Shown: positions 1 to 10,809 of the stretch, in pieces
Numbering within the stretch: the stretch's first letter is position 1
Layout: each line of letters begins with the position of its first letter
NCBI GenBank assembly: GCA_963833095.1
Contig: CAWHWQ010000004.1
Span: forward strand, 206,702-270,701
Direction: 5' to 3'
Source: Vulcanimicrobiota bacterium
GTDB taxonomy: Bacteria > Vulcanimicrobiota > Vulcanimicrobiia > Vulcanimicrobiales > Vulcanimicrobiaceae
DNA: 64,000 nt
The notes under the pieces: model-generated
What the model was told of the DNA's origin: nothing
Database searches by the model: none
The model's input: the letters and a program-made list of their open reading frames with translations, nothing else
Made by a program: the position numbers and the translations under genes

Positions 1-2
1 TC

Positions 3-290
3 GTAGCTCTGGCGGATTGCTATGTTTACGCTACGTGGTCGCCGGGACTTCTCGTCTACCAACCGGCGAATAATTCGTGCGTCACGGTAAAGCACGGATT
101 CCGATGCAAATTTGGCGCCGGAAAGACGATCTCCCTCGGTTTCGGTGGCCCGAACAGCACACGCACCGCCTGCATCGCGACGCTGCAGAACGTGGGCAGC
201 ATGTTTGCGGATAAGTGGCATCTTAGCACGAGCAGCGGCTGCAGCTTCCACTGGAAAGGTTCAAACACGGTTGAGGTCAGCCTTCGTTAG
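3..290 (+). CDS. 3' part of a Cys-rich hypothetical protein, truncated by the window edge
   Basis: Open frame from base 3 to TAG at 288-290 (VALADCYVYATWSPG...NTVEVSLR*), 5 Cys; absent from the ORF track because the start lies outside the window. Confidence 0.5.
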   Translation, partial: VALADCYVYATWSPGLLVYQPANNSCVTVKHGFRCKFGAGKTISLGFGGPNSTRTACIATLQNVGSMFADKWHLSTSSGCSFHWKGSNTVEVSLR

Positions 291-311
291 GTTAACCCTC
301 GGTAATGCCCC

Positions 312-341
312 TTGACCGGTCCACCCCGCTGCTGCTAAGGT
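312..341 (+). promoter_or_regulatory. sigma70-type promoter of the thr leader
   Basis: TTGACC (312-317), 18 nt spacer, extended -10 TGc-TAAGGT (336-341); leader ATG at 351. Confidence 0.55.
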
Positions 342-350
342 AGCCAAACC

Positions 351-428
351 ATGATCTCGATGTTCGTTTCGACGACCACGACGACCACCACCACCACGAC
401 CACTGTCGTTCGGTGCAGGTTGACGTAG
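351..428 (+). CDS. thrL: thr operon leader peptide MISMFVSTTTTTTTTTTTVVRCRLT
   Basis: 25-aa ORF with 11 consecutive Thr codons directly upstream of thrC, followed by antiterminator and terminator. Confidence 0.9.
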   Translation: MISMFVSTTTTTTTTTTTVVRCRLT

Positions 429-496
429 GCTAAAACACGAGATCAAGGACAGCTTACGAAGCCCCGCACCGATTGGTGCGGGGCTTCTTGCATTTG
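410..496 (+). terminator. attenuator: antiterminator (410-431 pairs with 451-472) and terminator hairpin (458-487) with U-rich tail
   Basis: GAAGCCCCGCACC-gatt-GGTGCGGGGCTTC-ttgcatttg; TCGGTGC...CGTAGGCT is complementary to AGCTTACG...GCACCGA. Confidence 0.88.
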
Positions 497-509
497 TTAG
501 GGAGCCAAC

Positions 510-1646
510 ATGCGCGTGGAATGTAGCGACTGCGGCGCGGTCGCCGACCCCCTGGAGATCTGCCGGTGCGGCGGGTTGCCCGAGTTCGTGCTCGAGCCGC
601 TGCGCCTCGACCCAGTCGGCCTGCGCCGCCTCGTGCGCGAGCGCCGCGCCAGCTACGAACCGCTCTTCGCCTCGGGCGTCTGGCGCTGGCGCGAACTGCT
701 GCCCGCGATCCCGGCCGACTCGATCGTGTCGCTGGCCGAAGGCAACGTCCCGCTCTACGCCTCCGAGTCGGGCGCGCGCTACGCCGGCGTCGATCGCCTG
801 GCCTATCTGCACCTCGGCATGAACCCGACCGGCTCGTTCAAGGATCTGGGCATGACGGTTGCGATCTCGGCCGCCAAAGCGTCGGGTGCGCGCGGCGTGG
901 TCTGCGCCAGCACCGGCAACACCGCCTCATCGATGGCCGCCTACGCGGCGCGCGCCGGACTCGACGCGTATGCGATCGTCCCGCGCGGTCGCGTTAGCGA
1001 TGCCAAGCTCGCGCAGATGCGTGAGTACGGCGCACAGTTGATCGAAGTCGACGGTTCGTTCGACGACGCGTTCGCGTCGCTCCAACTGGTCAGCGATGCG
1101 GCGGTGGTGAACTCGGTCAACGCCTATCGCATCGAAGGTCAGAAGTGCGCGGCCTTCGCGATCCTCGAAGCGCGCGGCTGGGATGTCCCCGACTGGGTCG
1201 TGCTGCCCGGCGGGAACCTCGGCAACATCTCGGCGATTTCCAAAGGTTTCCGCGAAGCGTTACAACTCGGCTTGATCGACAAGCTCCCGCGCCTCGCGCT
1301 GGTGCGCGCGTCACTCGGCGTCGCCACGACCGCTAGCGCGATCGCGGTCGGCAATCCGAAATCGCGCAACCGCGCCTCGCGCGCGCTCGATCGTTTCAAC
1401 GGCGTCGAACTCGCGGTCAGCGACGAGGCGATCCTCGATGCCAAAGCCCACATCGGGCGCGAAGGCATTGGCTGCGAACCGGCTTCGGCCGCGTCGCTGG
1501 CCGGCGCGCGTCGACTGCGCGAATGCGGCAAGATCGCGCCCGACGCCGACGTCGTCGCGATTCTCACCGGCCACATCCTCAAAGATGCACGCCCTTCGAG
1601 GCTCCCTTCGGTCGCACCTCAGGATGACAACTATGCAGTTGCGTGA
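510..1646 (+). CDS. thrC: threonine synthase
   Basis: NPTGSFKD PLP-lysine motif, CASTGNT, VNSVNAYRIEGQK, CEPASAA; RBS GGAG upstream. Confidence 0.95.
   Translation: MRVECSDCGAVADPLEICRCGGLPEFVLEPLRLDPVGLRRLVRERRASYEPLFASGVWRWRELLPAIPADSIVSLAEGNVPLYASESGARYAGVDRLAYLHLGMNPTGSFKDLGMTVAISAAKASGARGVVCASTGNTASSMAAYAARAGLDAYAIVPRGRVSDAKLAQMREYGAQLIEVDGSFDDAFASLQLVSDAAVVNSVNAYRIEGQKCAAFAILEARGWDVPDWVVLPGGNLGNISAISKGFREALQLGLIDKLPRLALVRASLGVATTASAIAVGNPKSRNRASRALDRFNGVELAVSDEAILDAKAHIGREGIGCEPASAASLAGARRLRECGKIAPDADVVAILTGHILKDARPSRLPSVAPQDDNYAVA
1592..1629 (-). repeat. TGTCA-type palindromic repeat inside the thrC 3' end
   Basis: Reverse complement reads TGTCATCCTGAGGTGCGACCGAAGGGAGCCTCGAAGGG; translated as PSRLPSVAPQDD. 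Confidence 0.8.
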
Positions 1647-2545
1647 TCGCTTCGTCGTCAGTGTTCCCGCCACCAGCGCCAATCTCGGGCCGGGCTTCGA
1701 TTGTGTCGGCATCGCGCTCGACCTGCGCGCCCGCGCGATGGTCGAACCCGCGAAACGGCTTCTCGCTCGAATTCAGCGGCCCGGAACAACCCACGCACAT
1801 CGGGTTCGAACGGATGATCATCGACGCGATGCACACGATCAGCAGCGAGCTGCCGCGCGTGCGCGTACACCTCAACAATGCGATTCCGCTGGGCAAGGGC
1901 GTGGGCTCCAGCGCCGCCGCAAGCGCGCTCGGCATCACCATCGCCGCGCGTGCCTACGGCCTCGAGCTCTCTCGTGACGACATCGCGGATCGCGTGTGCG
2001 CGCTCGAGGGCCATCCCGATAACGCGCTGCCCGCCGTCTACGGCGGCATCGTGATCGCCACCTCGGCACGCGCCAGCATCAAACTCCCCGCGCCGCGCGA
2101 TTTACACGCGATCGTCGTCGTGCCCGAGTTCGATCTTGCAACCGAAAAAGCGCGCGCACTGCTTCCGATCCAGTACGATCGCCGCGACGTCGTCTTCAAC
2201 ATTCAGCGCGCGGCGCTGCTCGGCGCCGCACTCGCCTCGGGCAACTGGAACCTGCTGCGCGAAGCGATGAACGACCGCTTCCACCAGCCCTATCGGGGCG
2301 AGGTCGTGCCCGGACTGGCCGACGCACTGCGCGTCGATTCACCCGAACTGATCGGCATCGCGCTCTCGGGCGCGGGGCCCAGCGTGCTAGCCATCGTCCG
2401 CGACCGTGCCGCGTGGCGCCCCATCGCCGCCCGCATCGCCGCTTGCTTCGAAGCCGCCGGCATCGCCGCCCGGAGCTACCGCCTGCCCTTCGCCGCGCGC
2501 GGCCTAGTTTCGCGCCGGCACTTGACGGAGCGCAAAGCGGCATGA
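1633..2545 (+). CDS. thrB: homoserine kinase, one apparent frameshift near 1757
   Basis: VPATSANLGPGFD in one frame; IPLGKGVGSSAAA, EGHPDN and LSGAGPS in the next. Confidence 0.92.
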
Positions 2546-2551
2546 TAGCCT
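2522..2551 (+). promoter_or_regulatory. promoter of the hom-met leader, inside the thrB 3' end
   Basis: TTGACG (2522-2527), 18 nt spacer, TGa-TAGCCT (2546-2551); leader ATG follows after 7 nt. Confidence 0.55.
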
Positions 2552-2558
2552 ACCCGAA

Positions 2559-2642
2559 ATGTTCGCGCCCACCATGATGACCTGTTCCATGTGCATTATT
2601 CAAATGAATAAGGCGGGGACTGTCATTGGGAGCACCGTGTAA
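2559..2642 (+). CDS. putative leader peptide MFAPTMMTCSMCIIQMNKAGTVIGSTV
   Basis: 27-aa ORF with 5 Met, 4 Thr, 3 Ile and 2 Cys upstream of hom-metY-metX, followed by a terminator. Confidence 0.75.
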   Translation: MFAPTMMTCSMCIIQMNKAGTVIGSTV

Positions 2643-2666
2643 AACACGGAATCGAGAAAGCACCAA

Positions 2667-2706
2667 AACGACGCCTCCGCCGATACGACGGGGGCGTCGT
2701 TCTTTT
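2667..2706 (+). terminator. attenuator terminator upstream of hom
   Basis: AACGACGCCTCCG...CGGGGGCGTCGTT-CTTTT; GGCGGGGAC at 2612-2620 can pair with its 5' arm as an antiterminator. Confidence 0.8.
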
Positions 2707-2731
2707 ACTCGGAGCTCAAAGGGAAACCATC

Positions 2732-3856
2732 ATGGACTGTACGGTTGGAATCGGATTACTCGGATGCGGCACGGTCGGCGCGTCGGTCGCGCAGCGTCTG
2801 CTCTCCGAGCGCGACGCGATCGAGCGGCGCAGCGGCGTGCGCTACAAACTCCAGGCGATCGCCATCGCCAATCCGTTAAAAGCCCGCCCGGCCGAAATCG
2901 ATCCGGCGCTCTTCACGAAGAACGCGCGCGCCGTCATCGACGATCCGCGCGTCGATCTGATCGTCGAAGCGATCGGCGGCACCCACGACGCCTCCGAACT
3001 GCTCGAATACGCGCTCGAACGCGGCCGCACGGTCGTGACCGCCAACAAAGATCTCATCGCGACGCAAGGCCCGCGCCTCTTTGCCCTGGCCCATTCGCGC
3101 GGTGCGCGCTTGCGCTACGAAGCCGCCGCCTGCGGGGCGATTCCGGTGATCCGCGTGCTCGACGACGCGCTCGCCGGCGATTACGTTCACGCCTTCGGCG
3201 GCGTGGTCAACGGCACGTGCACCTACATTCTCTCGCAGATGGAACGCGGCGAAGAGTACGACGTCGCGCTGCGCCGCGCACAAGAACTGGGCTTTGCCGA
3301 AGTCGATCCGACCAGCGACGTCGAGGGCCTCGACGCCGCGCACAAACTCGCACTGCTCATGCAGCTCGCGTTTCAAATGGCGGTGATCTCGCCGCGCTTA
3401 CGCCGCAGCGGCATCAGCGGGGTGAGCAAACGCGACGTGGCCCGCGCGCAAATGCTCGGCTATCGCATTCGCCTGGTCGCCGCCGCCACACGCAACGGCA
3501 ACGTTGCCAGCGGCGAAGTCGCCCCGGTGCTCGTACCCGAAGCGCATCCGTTTGCGCAGGCCAGCGGACCCGAAAACGTCGTGCGCGTCGTCTCGCGCGA
3601 TGCGGGTGCGCTGCTGCTCTCCGGCACCGGCGCCGGCGGTTTTCCCACCGCGTCGGCGGTGCTCGGCGACGTGGTCACGGCGCTGCGCGACATCGCCAAT
3701 CAGCGCGCGGTGAATTACCCCGCGCTCAATCCCGCGCTCGATATCGCACCGCTGTTTGCGAACCTCGCGCGCCATCCCGAACTCCCACGCTATCCGGTGT
3801 GGGATGACTCGCTCCTCGAAGCTCCGGTCTCGCAGGTTGAAACTGCGTTCTCATGA
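2732..3856 (+). CDS. hom: homoserine dehydrogenase, no obvious C-terminal ACT domain
   Basis: GCGTVG Rossmann motif, VVTANK, YEAA.CGAIP, NGTCTYIL, DVEGLDAAHKL, GAGGFPTASAV. Confidence 0.95.
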   Translation: MDCTVGIGLLGCGTVGASVAQRLLSERDAIERRSGVRYKLQAIAIANPLKARPAEIDPALFTKNARAVIDDPRVDLIVEAIGGTHDASELLEYALERGRTVVTANKDLIATQGPRLFALAHSRGARLRYEAAACGAIPVIRVLDDALAGDYVHAFGGVVNGTCTYILSQMERGEEYDVALRRAQELGFAEVDPTSDVEGLDAAHKLALLMQLAFQMAVISPRLRRSGISGVSKRDVARAQMLGYRIRLVAAATRNGNVASGEVAPVLVPEAHPFAQASGPENVVRVVSRDAGALLLSGTGAGGFPTASAVLGDVVTALRDIANQRAVNYPALNPALDIAPLFANLARHPELPRYPVWDDSLLEAPVSQVETAFS

Positions 3857-6157
<2,301 letters not shown>

Positions 6158-6266
6158 GCATCCAATGGCCGGTGAGCGTTTTGAAACGCTTCTTGCGCCT
6201 TACGACCTATTTCCGGGCCGCCTTCCACGTGGGAATGATGATATACTCGTCCCACAAGGAGCCTGC

Positions 6267-6671
6267 GTGAGCGCCGAACCCCTCGAAAGCCGGATAGCCC
6301 GTATGGAGGGCGTCAACGTCCAGATCGCCGATCGCCTGAACAGCATCGACGGGCGGCTTGATTCGCTCGACGGCCGTATCGACTCACTCGATCGTAGCTT
6401 ACGATCCGAGATTGGCGGAGTTCGCTCCGAGTTCGGCACCCTGCGCTCCGAGTTCGGCACCCTGCGCTCCGAGATGAATTCTCGCTTCACGCAGATCGAC
6501 GGTCGCTTTACGCAAATCGATGGGCGCTTTACACAAATCGACGGGCGCTTTTTGCAGATCGACGGCCGCTTCGCACAGATGGACCAAAAATTCACTTGGG
6601 TCATCGGCATTGTCGTGGCGTCTTGGACGACGAGCATGACGGCAACGCTGGCGCTATTCTTCCGCCACTGA
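6267..6671 (+). CDS. heptad-repeat coiled-coil protein with C-terminal TM anchor
   Basis: AAGGAG RBS before GTG; RSEFGTL x2 and QIDGRF x4 from 21-nt tandem repeats; hydrophobic C-terminus. Confidence 0.8.
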   Translation: MSAEPLESRIARMEGVNVQIADRLNSIDGRLDSLDGRIDSLDRSLRSEIGGVRSEFGTLRSEFGTLRSEMNSRFTQIDGRFTQIDGRFTQIDGRFLQIDGRFAQMDQKFTWVIGIVVASWTTSMTATLALFFRH

Positions 6672-6775
6672 GCGGTCGCGAGTTCGCGCATTTGTGTTGC
6701 ATTTACCCATTGTTGCAATAGTGGGGGAGCGCAACCCCCCAAGCTAAAAGCGTAAAGCATAGCTCTGCATGTGAG

Positions 6776-8734
6776 GTGCTTAAGGTGAGATGCTTTGCGA
6801 CGTCCGCTACCATCGGGATGTTAACGACTCTAGCTATTTTCGCTCCCGCAACGTCTTCGGCTGCGGATTTGTTTTCCGGACAAGTCCAAATCGGCCACGC
6901 TCCGATCCCAGGTGCGACCGTCACACTGTGGTCGGCGGGCACCGGCGCGCCGATGAAACTCGACGAGACGCGATCCGACGCAAACGGCCGCTTTAGCATC
7001 CGCAGCTTTTTTCACGGCGATCAGAAGAACTTCGATCTCTATCTGATCGCGAAGGGCGCGCGACCCGGGCTCGTGCTGGCGACCGTCCTTGGAAATCGCG
7101 CACCGCACACCGTCGTCATCAACGAGCTTACGACCGTTGCCTCGGCGTTTACCAACGCACAGTTTTATCACGGTGATGCGATCTCCGGCAATCAACTCGG
7201 GCTTCAAATCGCCGCCGGAAATGTGCCCAATCTCGTGAATCCCTCCACGGGCACTTGGGGCAAGGTGCTCTTGGATCCGCTCAACAGCACGCAAACCGCA
7301 ACGCTCGCGACATTGGATACACTGGGTTCACTGATCACCGCCTATGCAACAACCGCCGACGACACGTGGCGAGGCAGCTTCCTGAAATCCTCGGCCGACA
7401 CGCTCCAAGCGATGAGCGCTATCGCGCGCACGTCGTGGAGCGACCCCAAAGGGCTGTTCGCACTCTTCGATCAGGCGTATCCTCAACCCAAGGACGGCTC
7501 GCGCCGCGCGGCGCCGTTCGTTCCGTATCTTGCCTGGGCGCCGCCCGACTTCGCGCTGAGCCTATGCTTTGCAGGCGGTGGAACGTATTCTGCCGGCCGG
7601 CTGATGTTCGACGCAAACGGCAACCTCTGGAGCGGTCAAAACTGGATGGCCGGCTCACAGTCCGGCGTTATTCAAAGCATCGGCGGCGGCGTGGTAAAGA
7701 TGGCGCCCAACGGAACCGCGCTCTCGCCGGCGATCACCGGATTCACCGGCATGGGCGTCGATGGCGTTGGATGGGGAACCGGCGTCACGCGCAGCAACGT
7801 CTGGGCAACCAGTTTCGACGGCAAGATCTTGATCATGGATTTCAACGGGCGGCCGGTGGCTAAAGAGAGCGATTTGCCGTTCAAGCAAAAGCTGCTCGGT
7901 TTGATGGGCGTTGGTATTGCGACCAACGGCGATGTCTGGATCGCCGACGGGTCCGACAATCAGCTCCTGTACTTTCCGGGGGGTCGAATCAAGAATGGCC
8001 GCATCGTCAAAGTCGCGGGGCTTAAATCGCCATTCGATATCGTCATCGACAATCAGAATCGCGTCTGGGTCAGCAACTCGCAGTCGTATACCGTCCTGCG
8101 CTTTCCGGCGAACGATCCTTCTAAGGTCGAGACCTTTAAGGTGGGAATCAGCGTACGAGCGCTTGCACTAGACACGCAAGGCAACGTGTGGGTCGCGAGC
8201 AACGCGTCGCTCGACTTCCCCGTTCCAACGATACCCGATGGCGCATCCATCATGGAGCAATTCCGTCTTCTGGGTGCAGCCGCGCTGCGCTACAACAAAC
8301 CGACCGGCTTCGTGAGCATGATCCGTCCCGACGGCACGCAGCCCAATCCCGAAGGCTTTACGGGAGGCGGCGTTATCAACATCCCCTGGGGCTTAAATAT
8401 CGACGGCAACGGTGACGTGTGGGTCGGCAACTTCAAAGGACGCAGCGTCGTGTTGATGGCGGGCGCAACGCCGAAGGGACATGCGGCCGGTGCCAAGACC
8501 GGCGACGTTCTCCACGTGTTCAGCGGTGGCAGTATCCAAATGATCACGGATGTGTCGATCGATCCCGCAGGCAATGTGTGGGTCGCGAACAACTGGAACG
8601 CGCCGGAAGGCGCGGGTGGGAATCCGCCGCCCTTTCCGGTTTCAACGTGGGGAGGCGGCTCAGGTATTACCGTCATCTACGGCGCAGCGGCGCCGGTGAA
8701 ATCACCGCGAATGGGTCCGGTGCGACCGTATTAG
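6776..8734 (+). CDS. secreted NHL/beta-propeller repeat protein
   Basis: Signal peptide; repeated D..GNVWV blades; start codon uncertain. Confidence 0.8.
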   Translation: MLKVRCFATSATIGMLTTLAIFAPATSSAADLFSGQVQIGHAPIPGATVTLWSAGTGAPMKLDETRSDANGRFSIRSFFHGDQKNFDLYLIAKGARPGLVLATVLGNRAPHTVVINELTTVASAFTNAQFYHGDAISGNQLGLQIAAGNVPNLVNPSTGTWGKVLLDPLNSTQTATLATLDTLGSLITAYATTADDTWRGSFLKSSADTLQAMSAIARTSWSDPKGLFALFDQAYPQPKDGSRRAAPFVPYLAWAPPDFALSLCFAGGGTYSAGRLMFDANGNLWSGQNWMAGSQSGVIQSIGGGVVKMAPNGTALSPAITGFTGMGVDGVGWGTGVTRSNVWATSFDGKILIMDFNGRPVAKESDLPFKQKLLGLMGVGIATNGDVWIADGSDNQLLYFPGGRIKNGRIVKVAGLKSPFDIVIDNQNRVWVSNSQSYTVLRFPANDPSKVETFKVGISVRALALDTQGNVWVASNASLDFPVPTIPDGASIMEQFRLLGAAALRYNKPTGFVSMIRPDGTQPNPEGFTGGGVINIPWGLNIDGNGDVWVGNFKGRSVVLMAGATPKGHAAGAKTGDVLHVFSGGSIQMITDVSIDPAGNVWVANNWNAPEGAGGNPPPFPVSTWGGGSGITVIYGAAAPVKSPRMGPVRPY

Positions 8735-8827
8735 CGTGCGCATCGTGATCGTCGTCGCGACCATGCGCTCATTGCTACGGTAACTGCGCGCTGGGCGAGA
8801 ATCCGCCCTGCTTTCTCTTCTATTACA

Positions 8828-9289
8828 CTAGCTGGGTTGGTCGAAGAAGCCCGGTTTGCTTTGCCCGACTTCGATGATGTACCCATCGGGATCGCGGATG
8901 TAGCAGCGCGTCTCGCCGTACTTATCGAGCGGCTCGGTGAGAAACGTCGCGCCGCGGCTGCGCCACAATTCGTAGCACGCCGCGATGTCCGCAACGCGAA
9001 GATTCATGAAGCTGCTGATCACATGTGGGTTGGGAGTCTGGAGCGTTACGCCCGGTTTGTCCGGCGTCGGACCGCCTCCCGGGTTAAAGATGAGCCACGT
9101 GTTCGCGATTTGAACGTAGGCTGGGTCGTCGGGTCCTCTTAGGCTTTTGCGCGTAACTTTTGCGCCGAAAACCGTTTGATAGAATTGCACCGAGCGCTCG
9201 ACGTCGGTGACGGTGAGAAAGAGCGCGGCGGTAAACCCCACTTGCGGTGGTATCGTATAGTCGATCTGCGCGACCTGGACTTCATCCAT
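8828..9289 (-). CDS. VOC (glyoxalase/bleomycin-resistance) protein
   Basis: MDEVQV...FLTVTDVERS..FY, RVADI..CY, YIRDPDGYIIEV. Confidence 0.88.
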   Translation of the reverse strand: MDEVQVAQIDYTIPPQVGFTAALFLTVTDVERSVQFYQTVFGAKVTRKSLRGPDDPAYVQIANTWLIFNPGGGPTPDKPGVTLQTPNPHVISSFMNLRVADIAACYELWRSRGATFLTEPLDKYGETRCYIRDPDGYIIEVGQSKPGFFDQPS

Positions 9290-10150
9290 ACTTGAACCCC
9301 GATTTGCTTTGGCCGACTTCGATGATGTAGCCGTCAGGGTCGCGGATATAGCAACGCGTCTCGCCGTACTTGTCAGAGGTTCGGTCAGAAACGTTGCGCC
9401 GCGGCTCTTCCAGAGCTCGTAGCATGGCCTGAATATCGGCAACGCGAATATTCAAGAAACTGCTGAACTCGTTGAGGGTGGGTGGGGTTCGCAGCGTTAC
9501 CGTCGGTTTATCGGGTGTCGGGCCACCGCCAACGTTGAGAATCATCCACGTATTGGCAATCCGAATGTACGGTGGCTCACCTCCCTGGTCGCCCATGCTC
9601 ACGATTTCTCCGCCGAAGACCGTCGCGTAGAAGTTGGCGGATCGCGCTTGGGGTCGGCCACGGTGAGAAATTGCGCGATCGTCAAATCTTCGCCCGACGG
9701 CACTTCCCTGTACCCGGGCGTGCTTTGCCCGACTTCGATGATGTAACCGTCAGGATCGCGGATGTAGCAGCGCGTTTCGCCGTACTTCTCGATCGGTTCG
9801 GTGAGAAAGGTTGCGCCGCGGCTCTTCCAGAGCGTGTAGCACTTCGCAATATCCGCCACGCGGATATTCATGAAACTGCTGAACACGTTGGGGTCAGGCG
9901 GGGTTCGCAGCGTCACCGTCGGTTTGTCGGGTGTCGGGCCGCCGCCAACGTTGAGAATCATCCAGATGTTGGCGATCTTGATGTAGGGCGGGGCATTCCC
10001 GTCGCCCATGCTCACGATTTCTCCGCCGAAGACCGTTGCGTAGTATTTCGCCGAGCGCTCGAGGTCGGACACGGTGAGAAACTGCGCAATGGTGATCCCC
10101 TCGCGGGGTGGCATCTCAAAGGTCTTCTGATCGACTTGTACTTCGTCCAT
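9282..10150 (-). CDS. tandem two-domain VOC protein, apparent indels near 9640, 9425 and 9372
   Basis: Two near-identical VOC units, each ending YIRDPDGYIIEVGQS; stop overlaps the next start. Confidence 0.75.
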
Positions 10151-10215
10151 GCCCCCATCCTAGCACTACGATTTACGAGCGCAATAGGTACTAAAAGTGT
10201 GCTATTTTGGAGTCT

Positions 10216-10809
10216 ATGATTCGGCGGCTCCGCAGGCGCGATTTGCCCATCGATACGATCGAGCTTGCCCGCTTCCTGATCGGCAAAATGCTGGTGCACG
10301 ATCTTCACGGGCAGCGAACCAGCGGCCGCATCGTGGAAACCGAAGCGTATCCGGTCGGCGATGCGGCCGGGCATGCGTTCGGCGGCAAAACGAAAAGGAA
10401 CGCGTCGCTCTACCTGTCGCCCGGTCACGCCTATGTGTACTTCGTCTATGGCATGTATTATTGCATGAACGTTTCGAGCGAACGCACCGGCGTCGGTGCC
10501 GGCGTGTTGATTCGCGCGCTCGAGCCGATCGACGGAATCGACCTGATGAAGGAGCGTCGCAGCGCGTCGTCACCGCGCGATCTTGCGCGTGGGCCGGGCC
10601 GTCTCACCCTCGCAATGGCAATCGATTTGCAGTACGATGGGGTGGATTTGTGCACGGATCGCGGACTGTGGCTTGGCGTGTCTGATGCCGAATATCGCGG
10701 CGTCGTGTCAGCGACGACGCGAATCGGCCTCAGCCGCGAGCAACACCAGCCTTGGCGCTTCTATGAGCACGGCAGCACGTTCGTCAGCGGACGACTACCC
10801 CGAGAGTAG
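10216..10809 (+). CDS. mpg: 3-methyladenine DNA glycosylase, AAG/MPG family
   Basis: [37 protein letters not shown]. Confidence 0.93.
   Translation: MIRRLRRRDLPIDTIELARFLIGKMLVHDLHGQRTSGRIVETEAYPVGDAAGHAFGGKTKRNASLYLSPGHAYVYFVYGMYYCMNVSSERTGVGAGVLIRALEPIDGIDLMKERRSASSPRDLARGPGRLTLAMAIDLQYDGVDLCTDRGLWLGVSDAEYRGVVSATTRIGLSREQHQPWRFYEHGSTFVSGRLPRE

Noticed and set aside
2546..2731. SAM riboswitch or T-box upstream of hom
   Set aside because: No recognisable SAM-I core or T-box sequence by eye; a leader peptide explains the layout better. Rfam scan not run
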